Positions 14,846-28,819 of a stretch of DNA of 64,000 nucleotides are shown piece after piece; within the stretch, counting starts at the first letter, position 1; every line of letters starts with the position of its first letter. Position numbers and translations under genes: made by a program. The stretch covers positions 217,744,001 to 217,808,000 of the forward strand of contig OZ024743.1 in assembly GCA_964016885.1 (NCBI GenBank). Direction: 5' to 3'. The notes beneath the pieces were generated by a model, which saw nothing but the letters and a program-made list of their open reading frames with translations, ran no database searches and was not told the origin of the DNA. The stretch is from Eledone cirrhosa. Its lineage: Eukaryota.

Positions 14846-15060
14846 GGGCAGCGTATTGGCAGTATCGGTAGGGCGTCGGACAACATGCTTTGCAGTATGA
14901 GATGTGTGGCCCTTTGAATTACAAGTGAAATATATTCAACTGATTTCCACACAGTTTCCGTCTACCCAATTTCACTTCACATCACTTAGGATGACTAGAC
15001 AAAATTGTAACCTATTAAGATGCCACACAGGGGATCGAACTAGATGTCTTAGATTATTGT
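14846..15060. mobile_element. 5' fragment of the tRNA SINE (+) fused to a second, older SINE fragment (-)
   Basis: gggcagcgtattggcagtatcggtagggcgtcggac, followed by acagtttccgtctacccaatttcact...gatgccacacaggggatcgaac. Confidence 0.6.
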
Positions 15061-15817
15061 TTTCAACTGTATTTACTTTTATTGTTTCGTTGGTTGCCGA
15101 CATTTCTGTTTAAGTTGATATCGTTGTTGTTATTGTTGCTGCATCTCTTGGTGTCGTTCTTGTTGAGTTTTATATTATGTTGTATTATCTAAGATGCTGG
15201 TGAAGTTGTTGTTGTTGTTAGTGGGGGTGGTGGTGGTGGTGGTGGTGGTGGGTGGTACTGCTATTTAACCAGACCTAATGTGTTCTATTGCTATAATCGT
15301 AATACATGGTTGCTGTTAGTTTTGTTGTTGATGATATTTTAGTTACTGCTGCAGGTGTTATTGTTGTTGATATTGTTGTTCTCGTTGTTGCATTCCACTA
15401 AACGTCACTTCCTTTGTTGCTAATATATATTTTACTTTCTCTGTTTATTGGTGCAGCAGCTGTTGTTGTTCTAGCTATTCTTGTTGTATTTCACCACACG
15501 TCGCTTTTGTTGATGCTAGGATTAGTTGTGCAAGTTCTTGATGTTGTTGTTATTCAATCATTGGCTATTGTTGTTGTTATTGCATTCTACTGTGCCTCAC
15601 TTCAGCTATACTACTTACAAGTAAAGAAATATTGTATAAAAACTGCATACTTTCTAAATCTTTGCCGTAAGCGACCTTACCATTTGATCTGTACATTATA
15701 TGCAGCTGAACAGGAGCTTCATAGTGTTTTAGTGCTTCCGGTAGATTCTAACTGACATCCTGTTTACATGAAAGTAAAATGCGCTTACGTTTTTCATTAG
15801 TTGCATTGCACTTGATG

Positions 15818-15877
<60 letters not shown>

Positions 15878-16399
15878 TCTGTGTGTGTGTGTGTGTTTAC
15901 GGCTGCATGGATATATAGATAAAAGTATATACATTTACATACACACACATACACATATATGTATCTATATCTATATATAAGAGAAGGACATAGAGAGAGA
16001 GTGAGAGAGAGACGACGTGCGTGTATACACATGCATATATGTGAGTGGCATTAAAGTTAGTCTAACAGTTTATGTGAGCAGTATATTCTCATCTAGCAAA
16101 AGGATACCAAAATATACTTCTACATTTAAGAGAGAAACCAAAGTACACAAGCGCAGAAACACACTTCCACACATATTTATATACTCACATATTCCCACAT
16201 ATATGTGATGGAAGAGAGATTGTATAATGCATCAGATAATTGGTTAAACAAAATCCATTAAATAGGTTTGAGTAATATAATGTAATCTTTTTGCTCCAAA
16301 TATTCCATTGTGAGACACATTTACCGTTGACACACTTTAGCATCGACATTAATTTTGTAATTGCTGTGAAGCATTAATAACGACATTATTAATGATAAT

Positions 16400-17065
16400 A
16401 ATTGTTTCTACTTTTGGCACAAGGGCAGCAATTATCCCAGTGCATTAACGGTACTTTGTTTTATCGACCCCGTAAGGATGAAAGGCAAAGTTTACCTCGG
16501 TGGGATTTGAACTCAGACCATAGAGGGATGTAACTCTATGCTGCAAAGCATGGCTTCTAACCCTCTACTGATACTGCCAATCCATATTTCCATTGTGAGT
16601 AAATCAGAGCCCATTATTAATGATAATGTTGGGCTCTGATTTAGTCACAACGCCAACAATTTGGGGAGAGGGGAATGTCGATTCAATCAACCCCAGTGCG
16701 TTACTAGTGCTTTATTTTATCGACCTCGTAAGAAGGAAAGGCAAAGCTAACCTCGGCAGGATTGGAACTAGACAGTAAAGGGCCGTAGCTCTATGCTGCA
16801 AAGCATGGCTTCCGACCCTCTACTGATACTGTCAATCCAATGATAATAGTAATACCGATTCCTAATTTAGACACGACACAAGGCGAGAAATTTGAGGCAT
16901 TGGAAACTTAATCAAATCGATCCCAGTACTTAAATGGTACTTTATCGACCCCAAAAGGATTAAAGAGAAATTAATCGCTGCTGGATTTAAAATCAGAACC
17001 GAAAGAGCTCTAAGTAAATGTTGCAAAGAATCTTGTCTTGTGTCCTCATCATTCTGTCAATCACC
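16400..17065 (-). mobile_element. Three tandem copies of the tRNA SINE (about 16400-16583, 16628-16840, 16853-17065)
   Basis: Each has tttatcgacc, a ggatttgaac-type B-box complement and a ctg(c/t)caatc A-box complement. Confidence 0.85.
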
Positions 17066-17111
17066 CTCTACCACCAAAACATAATGAAGACAATGATGAT
17101 GTAGTAGTAGC

Positions 17112-17184
<73 letters not shown>

Positions 17185-17343
17185 TTTCTTTAATAGCTAT
17201 TGGGTTATAACGAAAAATCTAAAATGTTTTACGCAAGAATTAGTGCAAAGAATGTTGATGGATACATATACAATAAACAGAACAAGAACTACATTGAATA
17301 AAGCATTAAAAAAGATAAAATACACCCACATACACACCCACAT

Positions 17344-17442
<99 letters not shown>

Positions 17443-17482
17443 TACAAATATTAATAAAATAGATGTTCTTTTGATCAATTAA

Positions 17483-17535
17483 ATTTTATTATACATATTT
17501 CAGAGGTACAACAGTACGTCCTCATCAGACAAAAT
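17483..17535 (-). ncRNA. Minimal type-I hammerhead (family D-related), canonical core
   Basis: attttgt-CTGATGA-ggacgtac tgtt gtacctct-GAAA-tatgta-TA-ataaaat. Confidence 0.8.
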
Positions 17536-17832
17536 ATAATGATACATGACATACCCTGAGATGTTAAATGGTTAAGATTTAATCAAGGTATATATATACA
17601 CAATATACAGAAATACACAGATACATGCGAATACATACATATACATGCATATACGCACATATATCCCTGAATTTGTGTGGTGCCAACCTTAACCGTTGTT
17701 GCTCTATGATTAATAGGGACAAAATAATCGGAATGAATTAGATTAACTCTATATCAGAGTTATATAATACATTATAAAGAAAGAAGAAACATTTGACATA
17801 AATAAAAAAAAAACAAATACCCAATATTCCTC

Positions 17833-17930
17833 ACATTCTCGACTGCGCAGTTTCGTGGCTACTTTGCAAAAACATTACATCATAGAGATGCAGTATTTCT
17901 GTGAGGTTTACCAACTTATCAAGAGAATAC
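17833..17930 (-). ncRNA. Type-I hammerhead family B (UUGAUAA core)
   Basis: attctc-TTGATAA-gttggta..tagccac-GAAA-ctgcgcag-TC-gagaat. Stems I and III covary with the 6295-6384 copy. Confidence 0.78.
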
Positions 17931-17995
17931 CTCATTTAAAGTTTCAAGATACGGCTGCAAGGCGCGTGAGAGAACCCGGAAAGGCGGAGAGGGAA

Positions 17996-18066
<71 letters not shown>

Positions 18067-18650
18067 ATACTTGGGGAGGGTCATATTGTTATAATATTGC
18101 CAGAAATAATAACAGAACACACTCACTGTTTGGTTTGGGTTGGTTTTCTCTTCTGTATTTTTTATATCTCCATAGTTAATTTATTTGGCAATCGATGTTT
18201 ACGATTGATTGACCAAAGGTTAAAAATACAGATATAAATATATAAATATAAATTCAGCGAGAATCGCATTTCGGCGGGTAGAAAAAGCGAAACGAAACGC
18301 AAAATCAGAGTTAAAAAATCAGAACTAAACATATGTTAAAACGCCATACAAACTGAAAAAGTGGTCAAGAAGGCATTAACCACCTAAGCCAAAAAAACAA
18401 GTCAAGCTAAACAGGTCAAACAAAATAAAGGATAAAATCATATATATAAATATATATACATATACACACATATATAAATATATATATATATATATAGTCT
18501 ATCAATGTTCTTTCGTCGCACATCTGCGACATCATCAGTGATTGACTGTTAACGTGAGTTTGGGTGTTCGGCTTGTGTTTTGTTCAGTAGTAAATTGTTT
18601 ACTTGTTTTAAGATGTTTACAGTGTATTTTTTTAAGGAAAATATACACTG

Positions 18651-18714
<64 letters not shown>

Positions 18715-20894
18715 AGCTTCTACAGGACTAGTCCTGTAGAAGCTGTTCTATATTAAAACATTTATACTCTGCTATGTATTGAGTACCTTGTACTTACTGT
18801 GGTTCATTATTCTTTATTGTATTTCCTTTCATTACGTCTAGAATATTTTTCTAACACGCTGGATTCTTTCATGATAGAAATATTATTAAGTATTCTGTCG
18901 ATTAAGACCTAATAGTAAAGAAAATGTTTCATGTTGTAGGTTATAAATGTTTTACTTAATCTTGAAGTTTTCTGAGCACGAAACTTTTCTAACAGTAATC
19001 CTTGCCAAGACCATGTATGTCGTTGAGAGAACCTTCCTGAAATATATGACAGATTAGACGGAGAATAATCATCTATATAAGTTATATATATGAGTTGTTG
19101 TTTCTATTTGTTATTCTTCCTTTGGCAAATGAAAATCACTTTTGGGCTGAATCTTTAAATACATTTTTCTACACTATGTTATGATAGGCTCGATCTTTGA
19201 CCTTCATCAGTTATATTATTATTATATTAAATCTACACTGCTTTTACATAACTGATGAAATTATGCTCCTTTTTGTTTTCACATCTGCAAGAAAAATAGA
19301 TGATGATTATTCGCTAACAGATGATTCCTCGCAGTTACTCGGCGTTTACACTTGTATTCATGTTATAGCTTAGGCGAGCGCTTTCCAAACTTTTAATTAC
19401 CCGTTTAATTTATATACATTTTCTCACAAATATACTGCTTTGAAAATTATGTCTACTCAGGAAACTCACTACTATTTGAGTATAAGGTCAGTTCTATATT
19501 TGCAAACCCCCAACACAGGGAACACTTATGCTACCACATTATTCAAAAACAGACGGATTGGATAATGTAGCTATTGACATATCAAAGATACAATTTAGTC
19601 ACTGGTGAACGTGATTAAATATAGATCTGCGATAATCACCAAGAAAGGTTTCTTCTCTTACAGCTTCATGCCTAATTTTGAATTTGATTTCTAAGCCAAG
19701 ATCAGAAAAATTGTGAAAGGATGTATAGTTGATTATATTATCTTATCCTCAATTTTACTAGAACTTTATTGTATTAAGACAGCAAGAATAAAATGAAATG
19801 CCAAATCAAACGCAGCTACTATTACAACTAGGACTTTAACGGCTGTCATCCCCTATCCTATTGTTTATTAATTATAACATGTTATCGAAATGAGGATGAA
19901 TTAAATTCTTAATTCTCAAATTACGAAAATATAAATTACTAATAAAATAGCTAGATAAAGAGTTACACGAAACTTAATGTAATATAGCCCACGCCTAATA
20001 AGGAAACATTACTTGCTAATTAAATTTAACTCCCTTCGTGGTGATATATCTTTCCATTCTCTGGTATTAAATATAATGAATACGATTTATGCATCATGTC
20101 AATTCAAACGATTACATTCCTTTCCTTTAATTCGTAGCTTAATGAAGACCGGCCATATTTCATAATAGGCTAGTGCAGATGAGAAATGTAGTCCCAATTT
20201 TAAAATGCTCATTAAGTATATTGGTAATAAGTGTTAAAATATATTATCTATGCATGTGTTACATCTATAAACATTTACATACATTGTACATAAAAGATCT
20301 ACACCACCTAACAGAGCAGAATAAAAGAACTTAAGCCTTGCAGATTTTCTCAAAATCGATGACCCAGGTCAAGTCCGCCCGCTTGCTATCTCCCACCCTT
20401 TTTTTCATGCCTGAGCTTCAAGAGTTCAGATGGAGGTGGCGAAGGGGGAAAATGTAAACTATGGACCAATTCTATGGAGGTAAATGGGATTGATGGGATT
20501 GGCAAAAGTAGGGTTGTAAACGAATTTTGGAGTATGGTTTTAGAGAGTATGAGTGTATACGTGTGAGAGTGTATATATAAAAATACACACAGGTGTGTGT
20601 GCATCTGTGTGTGTGGGGGGGGGATTCAGCCTTTACCAGTCCATTAACACAATTGAGATCCACACACATAGTTACAGAATATCTCCCTCTCCCTAAAAAC
20701 AAGTTTGTTGTGTGTGAAAAACACAACTAACGCCACGGCTACTACCATGACTACCGCACTTTCTATACACAAGATTTCCTTTTTCCATTCTCATTCTCAA
20801 CAAGGAAGATGAAAAAAACTTGCCTCAACACTTACTTTTAAATCTTTAATTTTTTACTTTTAATTCTTATTACTTCTTTTTAATTGTAATACTC

Positions 20895-20945
20895 AACATT
20901 TGATAAGATGGATTTTACTAATATATCGAAACCGGTTATACGTTA
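20895..20945 (+). ncRNA. Hammerhead-like motif (UUGAUAA core) in a probable PLE 3' end
   Basis: aacat-TTGATAA-gatg..tatc-GAAA-ccgg-TT-atacgtt. Stem I is imperfect. Confidence 0.5.
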
Positions 20946-21156
20946 TATACTTTATATACATTATAAAACTCTCTTTGTTAAAGAATTGTCCCTCTCATCT
21001 TTTCAATAATGTCACTTTGACGAATCAAAGAAAGAAAAAAAGAAGAAAAACAGGTCCTTAAATATATTTTACGTGCTATTTCCAATTTCACATTTTTTCT
21101 ATAACCACTAGTTTGTATAAAACCTCACTTCCCTTTTCAAATATATATATATATAT

Positions 21157-21593
21157 GCAGAGGTTATATTTAATTTGTTGGGATACAACAAGCAAACTAT
21201 TTTATAACTGATAAAAAGCACTCAACAAATTATTGGAGTAAATATACAATATATTAGCAAATGGAAACTATATTTATAAAACCATATTTATTTCATTATA
21301 CATATTTCAAGGGCCACCAAGGCAAACTATGGTGCGCTTTCATCAGATAAAATATAATATAGGTTAGTTTTATAAATAAATATTGACATACCCTGAAAAA
21401 ATGCAACCATTCTGGAGATTCCAGGAGATTCCAACCAGAATAGTTGCATTTTTTCAGGGTATGTCAATATTTATTTATAAAACTAACCTATATTATATTT
21501 TATCTGATGAAAGCGCACCATAGTTTGCCTTGGTGGCCCTTGAAATATGTATAATGAAATAAATATGGTTTTATAAATATAGTTTCCATTTGC

Positions 21594-21601
<8 letters not shown>
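21157..21601. mobile_element. Family D pLTR-like repeat with inverted duplication (arms 21251-21415 / 21435-21599), hammerhead on each strand
   Basis: Near-perfect inverted repeat of about 165 bp. Hammerhead on + at 21496-21560 (attttat-CTGATGA-aagcgcacca..tggtggccctt-GAAA-tatgta-TA-atgaaat) and its mirror on - at 21290-21355. Flanked by (TA)n. Confidence 0.88.
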
Positions 21602-21645
<44 letters not shown>

Positions 21646-23067
21646 TTTGTCAAGTATTTATATCCCACTTTCTGTTTATTACTTTGTAATATATTTCAAT
21701 TATAAAATGAAATGATAATAGTTCAATAATCAAATAAAATTATTTATTTTACTATTTATTAGATTTAATTTTCAATATAAAAAAAATCTGATAAGGAAAA
21801 TAATAATAAATGAATTTGTTTTCTTCCAACACACATTTCTATTATTGCTTCAACCCTCACGTTTTTCTGATATTAACTTATCATGAAAGGCATCTCAAAA
21901 ATGACTATCATATCTGCTATGCAAGTATAATTTCGTGTTATGATTTATTTTCATAAGACGTTCAGTCTGGTATGAGTAGAATATTGCTGCTATTTCTAAA
22001 ATGATCTGAATCACGTAGTGGCCTCCTGGTTTAGAGCAAACTTTTGAACCACCAACTGGAATTCATAGATGAATTATCATCCTTCATGTGCATGTAGAAC
22101 TTCGCTAAACTTGTATATTTTCTAAATTTCAGCTGTCTCATTCTCGGTAGTATTCTTAAAACCGCAGCTGTTCTTGCTTGTTTTCAATCTGACCATCTGA
22201 TTCTACTGGCTGTATGATATTTTTAGTTCACATTGTGGTGAAAAGTTGTTCCTGTCACTTTCATGTAGATACAAGACTAAGTAATTTTGCCGAACAGAAT
22301 GTAAAAACTTTTATCCATATTCTCTTTATTGCCATTATTTTGCTGATTCTCTGACACATTCACTAAAAGCTTTCAGAATGACCTGCGCGTAAAGCATAAG
22401 ATCAAACAGTTTTAAAAAGAACATAATGTATAGGAGAGTACATTAGTTATGATGCCATACAGATTCATCTATATAGAGTAAAATAATGTATTGCTGTCTA
22501 ATTAGGCACAACTGAATATTTTTACCGCTTCGTGGAGTTTGGCAAAACCAAAGAGACATAGATGTCAAAAGTTTACTATGACATAAGTTGTAGTTCAGAA
22601 CAGAAATGAAGAGGGAGGATGTTATATCCATGTCCTGTCCGTGAACATTGATATAATAAAGTGTAGAATAATTGCTGCACTCCAGAATCGAAACTGTGTT
22701 AGAGAAACTTAAATTGAATCATCATAGTAAAAATAAAAGTCACCTGAAGAATTGTAGCATTTGTGTGCACTGGTATGTAATTTATTCCATTTAATTTTCA
22801 TCGCAATTGGAAAACTATAGCATCATTCGTTATAGTTTTTTCTACAAAGAAATCAGCTGCTCACTACAATTAGATTGGTGAGATTAACAAAAGACTATTC
22901 GTTGCTCGATCTCGATGTAAATCAAATGCCACAAGATACGGTAATTGTAAAGCACTGGTGTTTTCGGAACTCTCGCCAATAGTCAAGTACTTACTTCACT
23001 AATATACGCACACTGGTACGTATATATACATATATATATATGAACTTTCAGCCTATATATATATATA

Positions 23068-23594
23068 TGATGGCTGCCCTCTCGTTATCGAGTATGGTCA
23101 TTGCATGATATACCATTATTAATAATTATTAATTAATTCTATCGTGCAATGCCTGTGCGTGAAGATATTTTTTAAGTGATGAAAGACTGTGCACTGAGCC
23201 AATCCCACTCTCTGAGTGACAGTAGCTATAACCCGGAAAGAAGAAAAGATCAACATCATCGGTAACTACTGAGCCACAGGTTTTATATCGGAGTTATCCC
23301 AGTTTCCTGAGTTGCCTTCTCCTAGAAGAATGCCCTGACACAGGCTAGGGGTCCTTCACTCCCAGTGGTTTAACCGCGTGGTACATGTATATATACATAT
23401 TTACACACTTATTTGACTCTTATGTGTGTTCTTCCGCCCTTTTTCAGATTTTGTTTTTGTCCTGCAGGGTGTCCAAAATGACCCTCTTCACCAAGTAAAC
23501 TTGGTGGGGTTGCCTGTTTAGTCGGGAACGACCCAACCATGCGACAGATTGTACTGTGTTACATGTTACCAGTAGCACTCAAGAGTGACCCGAC
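23068..23594 (-). mobile_element. Non-autonomous repeat of about 500 bp inserted in (TA)n (possibly RTE-related); second copy 47396-47890
   Basis: End-to-end similarity between the two copies, with identical terminus ...caagagtgacccgac next to TA tracts. Strand and family assignment are inferred. Confidence 0.75.
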
Positions 23595-23595
23595 A

Positions 23596-23646
<51 letters not shown>

Positions 23647-24123
23647 GTATAAGAATTTTTCAGCCAATGAATCTTTCAGCCAATCCTTGTAAATAATTTC
23701 TGTTCCAAAATAATTGAAATTTAGTGGAGATTTGTATAAACATCGACAATGGCGGATTATCATTCCTTCCATATCACGTGATTTAAAGGTCATCAAATTC
23801 TTATTGAAAAAGTATAAAAGCTAAAACAAAAATAGTCAATTTAAGCGTGTTGTGAAATAAGAATGATTGCTTTAGAACTGAAATGAATTCATCCAATTAA
23901 AAGCTTTTTAAGGCAACTCCTCATCTAACCTTAATTAACTTTGGCTTGTGTTTCATTTTCTTTTTGTTCAATCAGACTATAACTTAGATTATACAACGAT
24001 TGGGGTAAGTAAAATTTAATATTGTAAAGGAAGCCATTACTTGAGTAAGAAAACCCGGAATCAAATATATGTGTGTGTGTGTGTTTGTGTGGGTATATAT
24101 GTGTGTGCGTGCGTGTTTGTGTG

Positions 24124-24186
<63 letters not shown>

Positions 24187-24252
24187 GTGTATATATCTAT
24201 ATATATAAATACTTACTCACACAAAAATAAACACACACACACACACACACAA

Positions 24253-24304
<52 letters not shown>

Positions 24305-25134
24305 ATTTATATATATATATATTTATATATAAATATACTTACACACACATATATATGTACATACGTATGTGTATGTAAAAGAGAGAAAAAAGAGAAAGAA
24401 AGTACAAGCATGAGAAAGAAGTGACTCGTCTTTATATGCGTGTTTACTTCCATTGAATGGCCTAGCAATGGAAAATAATAATGAAAGTTTCGCAATAATT
24501 TGTTGTGAAAGGAAATCACTTTAATCTACTTCCTGTTGGGAAAGTAAGATATCAAACAGAAGCCAAATCGAAAACAACAATTATAAAATCATCAAACGAA
24601 ATTCTTCAGTTGAAATCGGCCAAATTAGTTTAATTGCATCGAAAAGAACGGACTTAGATACGTTGCCCAGTTTATTGTTTTCCGCTTCTAACTTAATAAT
24701 GTACCATACTTTTTTTTTATCTCTTTGACATTGCCACTAATATGATAATTCTTTTACAGAAGTGAAGGGAAATCTTTAGATTTTATTGTGTTCGGATAGT
24801 TAACAAAACATAGTTCTTGATCTTCAAAATGAGGACAGGTTTACATCTCTTTGACTCTCGATAAATTGCTTTATTCCACATATCTTAGGTAAAGTGTACT
24901 ATCTGATATAGTTACTGCTTGGGCAACTGTTAGACGTCAATCTTTTTAGTGTTTGATCCATGGTCAAACGTGGCTGGTGTGGCCTTCACTATGAGATATC
25001 TAGACACTAATAATTTCCAAAGTGATTTATATCGTCGTATTTTTAGACATTGAAGAAAGTATGCTTTGATAAAAAAAAATTATTAGATATAGTGGACGTA
25101 GACTGAAAAATACGACGATATTAATCACACATGT

Positions 25135-25211
<77 letters not shown>

Positions 25212-25289
25212 TACATACATATAATATATAATATGTATATACATACATATGTAATACTACATAGTTAGATACATCTCTATATACATATG

Positions 25290-25385
<96 letters not shown>

Positions 25386-25738
25386 TATACAGCATATATA
25401 AATATACATACCTACATACTTACACACATAGATACATACATACGTACATGCATACATACTCCTACCTCTACACAACCCTAACCTGGCTGTTGAAACGAGA
25501 TTAGAAAATTACTATCTAATACCATTCACTGAAACTGGTTACGTTGAACAGTTTAGTGTTATCTTTCGATTTGTTCAAGCTAGCTCTAGGACAATGTAAA
25601 ATAAATTCTGAATAGAAATAAATTGGAAATGTTTGGAAACAGAAAATGTATGACTGTATTCCGTAATAACCTAGAATTTCTCACCATAAATTAACTGCCA
25701 GGTGTATAGAGTTGTTAAATGTGTCTGAACTCCCACTG

Positions 25739-26152
25739 TCATTGCCTCCATTTCTCTCGCTCCAGCCAGCTCTCTGTATTATGAGCAAATGGGATCCCAC
25801 GTGCTAGCCGTCTCCCGACCCGGGCGGACTGAATGGAGAAGGCGTTTCCGAGGATGATAAGGGAGATGTGCTGGAAAAGCCATTCCATCTCGTGAGTTTC
25901 ACACCTGCGGCTAGCCAGCTCAGCGCCTATGGTGGTAAATATGGAGGTAGCCCTTGGGCCAAGGACACCAGAAGTCTCCACTGCTAGGGGCATGACCACA
26001 AACCTATCGGAGAGTGACCGGTACTTGGAGAGTGTAGCGGAACCAGGTGTTAGTCGCAGACTTCCCCTGGTTGCGGCTGGAGAAAGTATCGCTGCAAGTG
26101 ACATCCCAGACGAGGTGTTTGCCACCACGGAACGGGAAGATAGTCGTACCGT
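25739..26152 (-). pseudogene. CRE-like non-LTR retrotransposon, C-terminal restriction-like endonuclease fragment
   Basis: DGTTIFPF.GGKHLVWDVTCSDT, then KYRSLSDRFVVMPLAVETSGVLGP...LFQHISLIILGNAFSI (frameshifted). Confidence 0.7.
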
Positions 26153-26159
26153 CTAGAAG

Positions 26160-27290
26160 AACTACAAAGGTTGGACATTAAGACAAGGAAACTATTGATA
26201 AGGTACATAAGCTGTATATCTCAAAAAGAGATGGTAGAAGGGGTATCCGACAACTGGAATCTGCATAGAAAACAGAAACCATTTGATTGGATAGATGCCG
26301 CCGCCATACCCGAGATGAACTCCTTATGCCTGTACTCAAGCATGAACGAATTAAGAAACTACACTCAATAACTAAAGAGGCGATATAATTTAGGCAAAAA
26401 TTGAACATGGAACAAGACCTACCCATTGAAAATCAACAACAGAGTGCTGCACAGCTAGCTATGACTGTGAAAATCAAAGCAAAGAAACTCCAAACAGACG
26501 AACTAAACCGTGAATGGAAGGCAAAACCACTACATGGTAGATTCCCAAAACGATTTTCTGACAATGATATGGCTCACTATCATGGCTCAGAAATGCTGGT
26601 TTGAAAGCAGTGACTGAGGGAGTCTTAGTTGCTGCACAAGACCAATCCCTAAATACTCGGGCCTGTAGACACAGCATAGTGAAAGATAGGACTAGCCCTC
26701 TAAGCAAAATATGCTACAAATATGAAGAAACGGTTGATCATGTTATCTCCAGATGTCCAGAGCTGGCAAAAACTGACTATATTGAAAGACACCCCCGCAT
26801 TGCCAAATATGTGCACTGGATACTCTGCCGCTCTCATGACATCCAAACTTCTAACAAATGACATGAACATCAATCAAAAACAGTCATGGAAAAGAGCAAC
26901 ATATCCATCTTGTGGGATATGCCTGTGATAACCGACTGTGATAGCAAATACATCAATAAAAACAATCGAAAAACTCTCAAAATACAAAGACCTGGAAATA
27001 GAGATCAACCGCATGTGGAGGATGACTACAAACATTATTCCTGTGGTAATAGGAGCATTAAGATTAATACCCACATTTTCAGATCTGCACCTTAGCATCC
27101 TTCCCTGTAAGATCAGCAAATATGAGCTACGTAAGATCGGGCTACTAGAAACAGCATACATTCTCAGACGAGTTCTCTCTCTACAACAAAAATATCTATT
27201 GCCCTAGGTTCAAGGCCTGAACACGACAATAGAGAAACAGAACTCAGCTAAACGAAAGAGCACAACAATAATAATAAAAACAATAATAAT
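26160..27290 (+). pseudogene. R4/Dong-like (RLE) non-LTR retrotransposon, 3' fragment
   Basis: WKAKPLHGRF, TEGVLVAAQDQSLNTR, KICYKYEETVDHVISRCPELAKTDYIERH (CCHC-type), ILWD.PV.TD, EKLSKYKDLEIEINRMW..IPVVIGAL. Has an (AAT)-rich tail. Confidence 0.85.
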
Positions 27291-27929
27291 ATGTCTGTTA
27301 AGGAAGAACACATCGATCATTTGATTTTGCTTGAACCATTTCTTCTTCCTCTTTGAAAAGTGGGTTGGTCCCTGAAATACCACGTAGAAATATACTGGGT
27401 TAAACATTACTTTGTTTTGTTTAGACTTGTCATCTATTGCCCTTTATATATTTCAAGCGAATTTTACCGCCTTTTTGAAACTTATCGGTCTTTTATTAAT
27501 AGAATATTTTCATTTCATTATAAGATCAAATTGAGGAGGATTATATTATTTTGTGAAATGGTGGTCAAAGCAAAGCAAATGTTGAGTATCACGTTAGAGT
27601 ATGCTCTGATACCCTGTGTTTAGCAAGATATGCATAAAACAGACAGTAGTGAAAAATGATGTCAGTACGAAGCCATTCAAAAACAGAGAGAGGTTAAGGT
27701 ACGTGTTTGTGTGTGTATCTGTCATTAAGTGATATCGATGTTCTGGTAAGCGAGAACAATATATATACATTAATAGAAGAAAAAAAACGATAGAGTGGAG
27801 AGCAGGAAAATAAGGCTAGAATAGGTTTGTAGAAGTAAAGATAGACATCAAATCTACACAAATGTTCATATGGTAATTCTAAAGCAATGAGGGAAACATA
27901 TGTGTGCATATAGAGATACACATTCCAAT

Positions 27930-28025
<96 letters not shown>

Positions 28026-28030
28026 ATATA

Positions 28031-28091
<61 letters not shown>

Positions 28092-28608
28092 CTGTGTGAA
28101 TGTATGTGTATGTATTGAGGCAAGCATATATGAATATGTGTATGAATTTATGTACATCTAATGAGAGGATATAAAAAAAAGTGTTCGACATGGCTCATAA
28201 AGGCAAAGAAGAAATCATTCTTTGTTGAGTTTTTATTTTATTTTATTTTATTTTATTTTATTTTATTTTATTTTATTTTATTTACTATAGCATTATTTAA
28301 TGTTTTATTGGTTGGGATAGTGTTCGAAAATGTATCTATAATATGACAGCAGATACATAAACAATAGGAAAATGACAGAGAAAATACATTGTCAGTTATT
28401 TCACACTAGAAATAGATAAATCAATTGTGGTTGGTTTTAGAAATGCCAGTTATACGGGCTTTTGTTCGATCTACATATAGACCAAACCACTGCTTGAAGA
28501 TAAGTGGAAGGACAGACTACAATATCAACAAGACAAGACATGTTTTAATGTAGAACAATATATTAATTTCATTTCAACCGTTTTTTGCGGCGAGCCGCCT
28601 GTATGTAC

Positions 28609-28725
<117 letters not shown>

Positions 28726-28819
28726 ATGTATATATGTATGTATGCATATATATATATGTATATATATGTATATATATACACACACACACACATTTATATA
28801 TATATATATATATATATAT

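Noticed and set aside
18502-18545. Minus-strand CTGATGA-tgtcgca/tgcgac-GAAA
   Set aside because: Good stem II but no stem III or cleavage site, so a relic at best.
26856-26864. In-frame TGA in the R4-like ORF as possible selenocysteine
   Set aside because: It sits where Trp (TGG) is expected in a copy with several frameshifts, so it is ordinary decay. Selenocysteine use is known for Naiad PLEs, not for this element.
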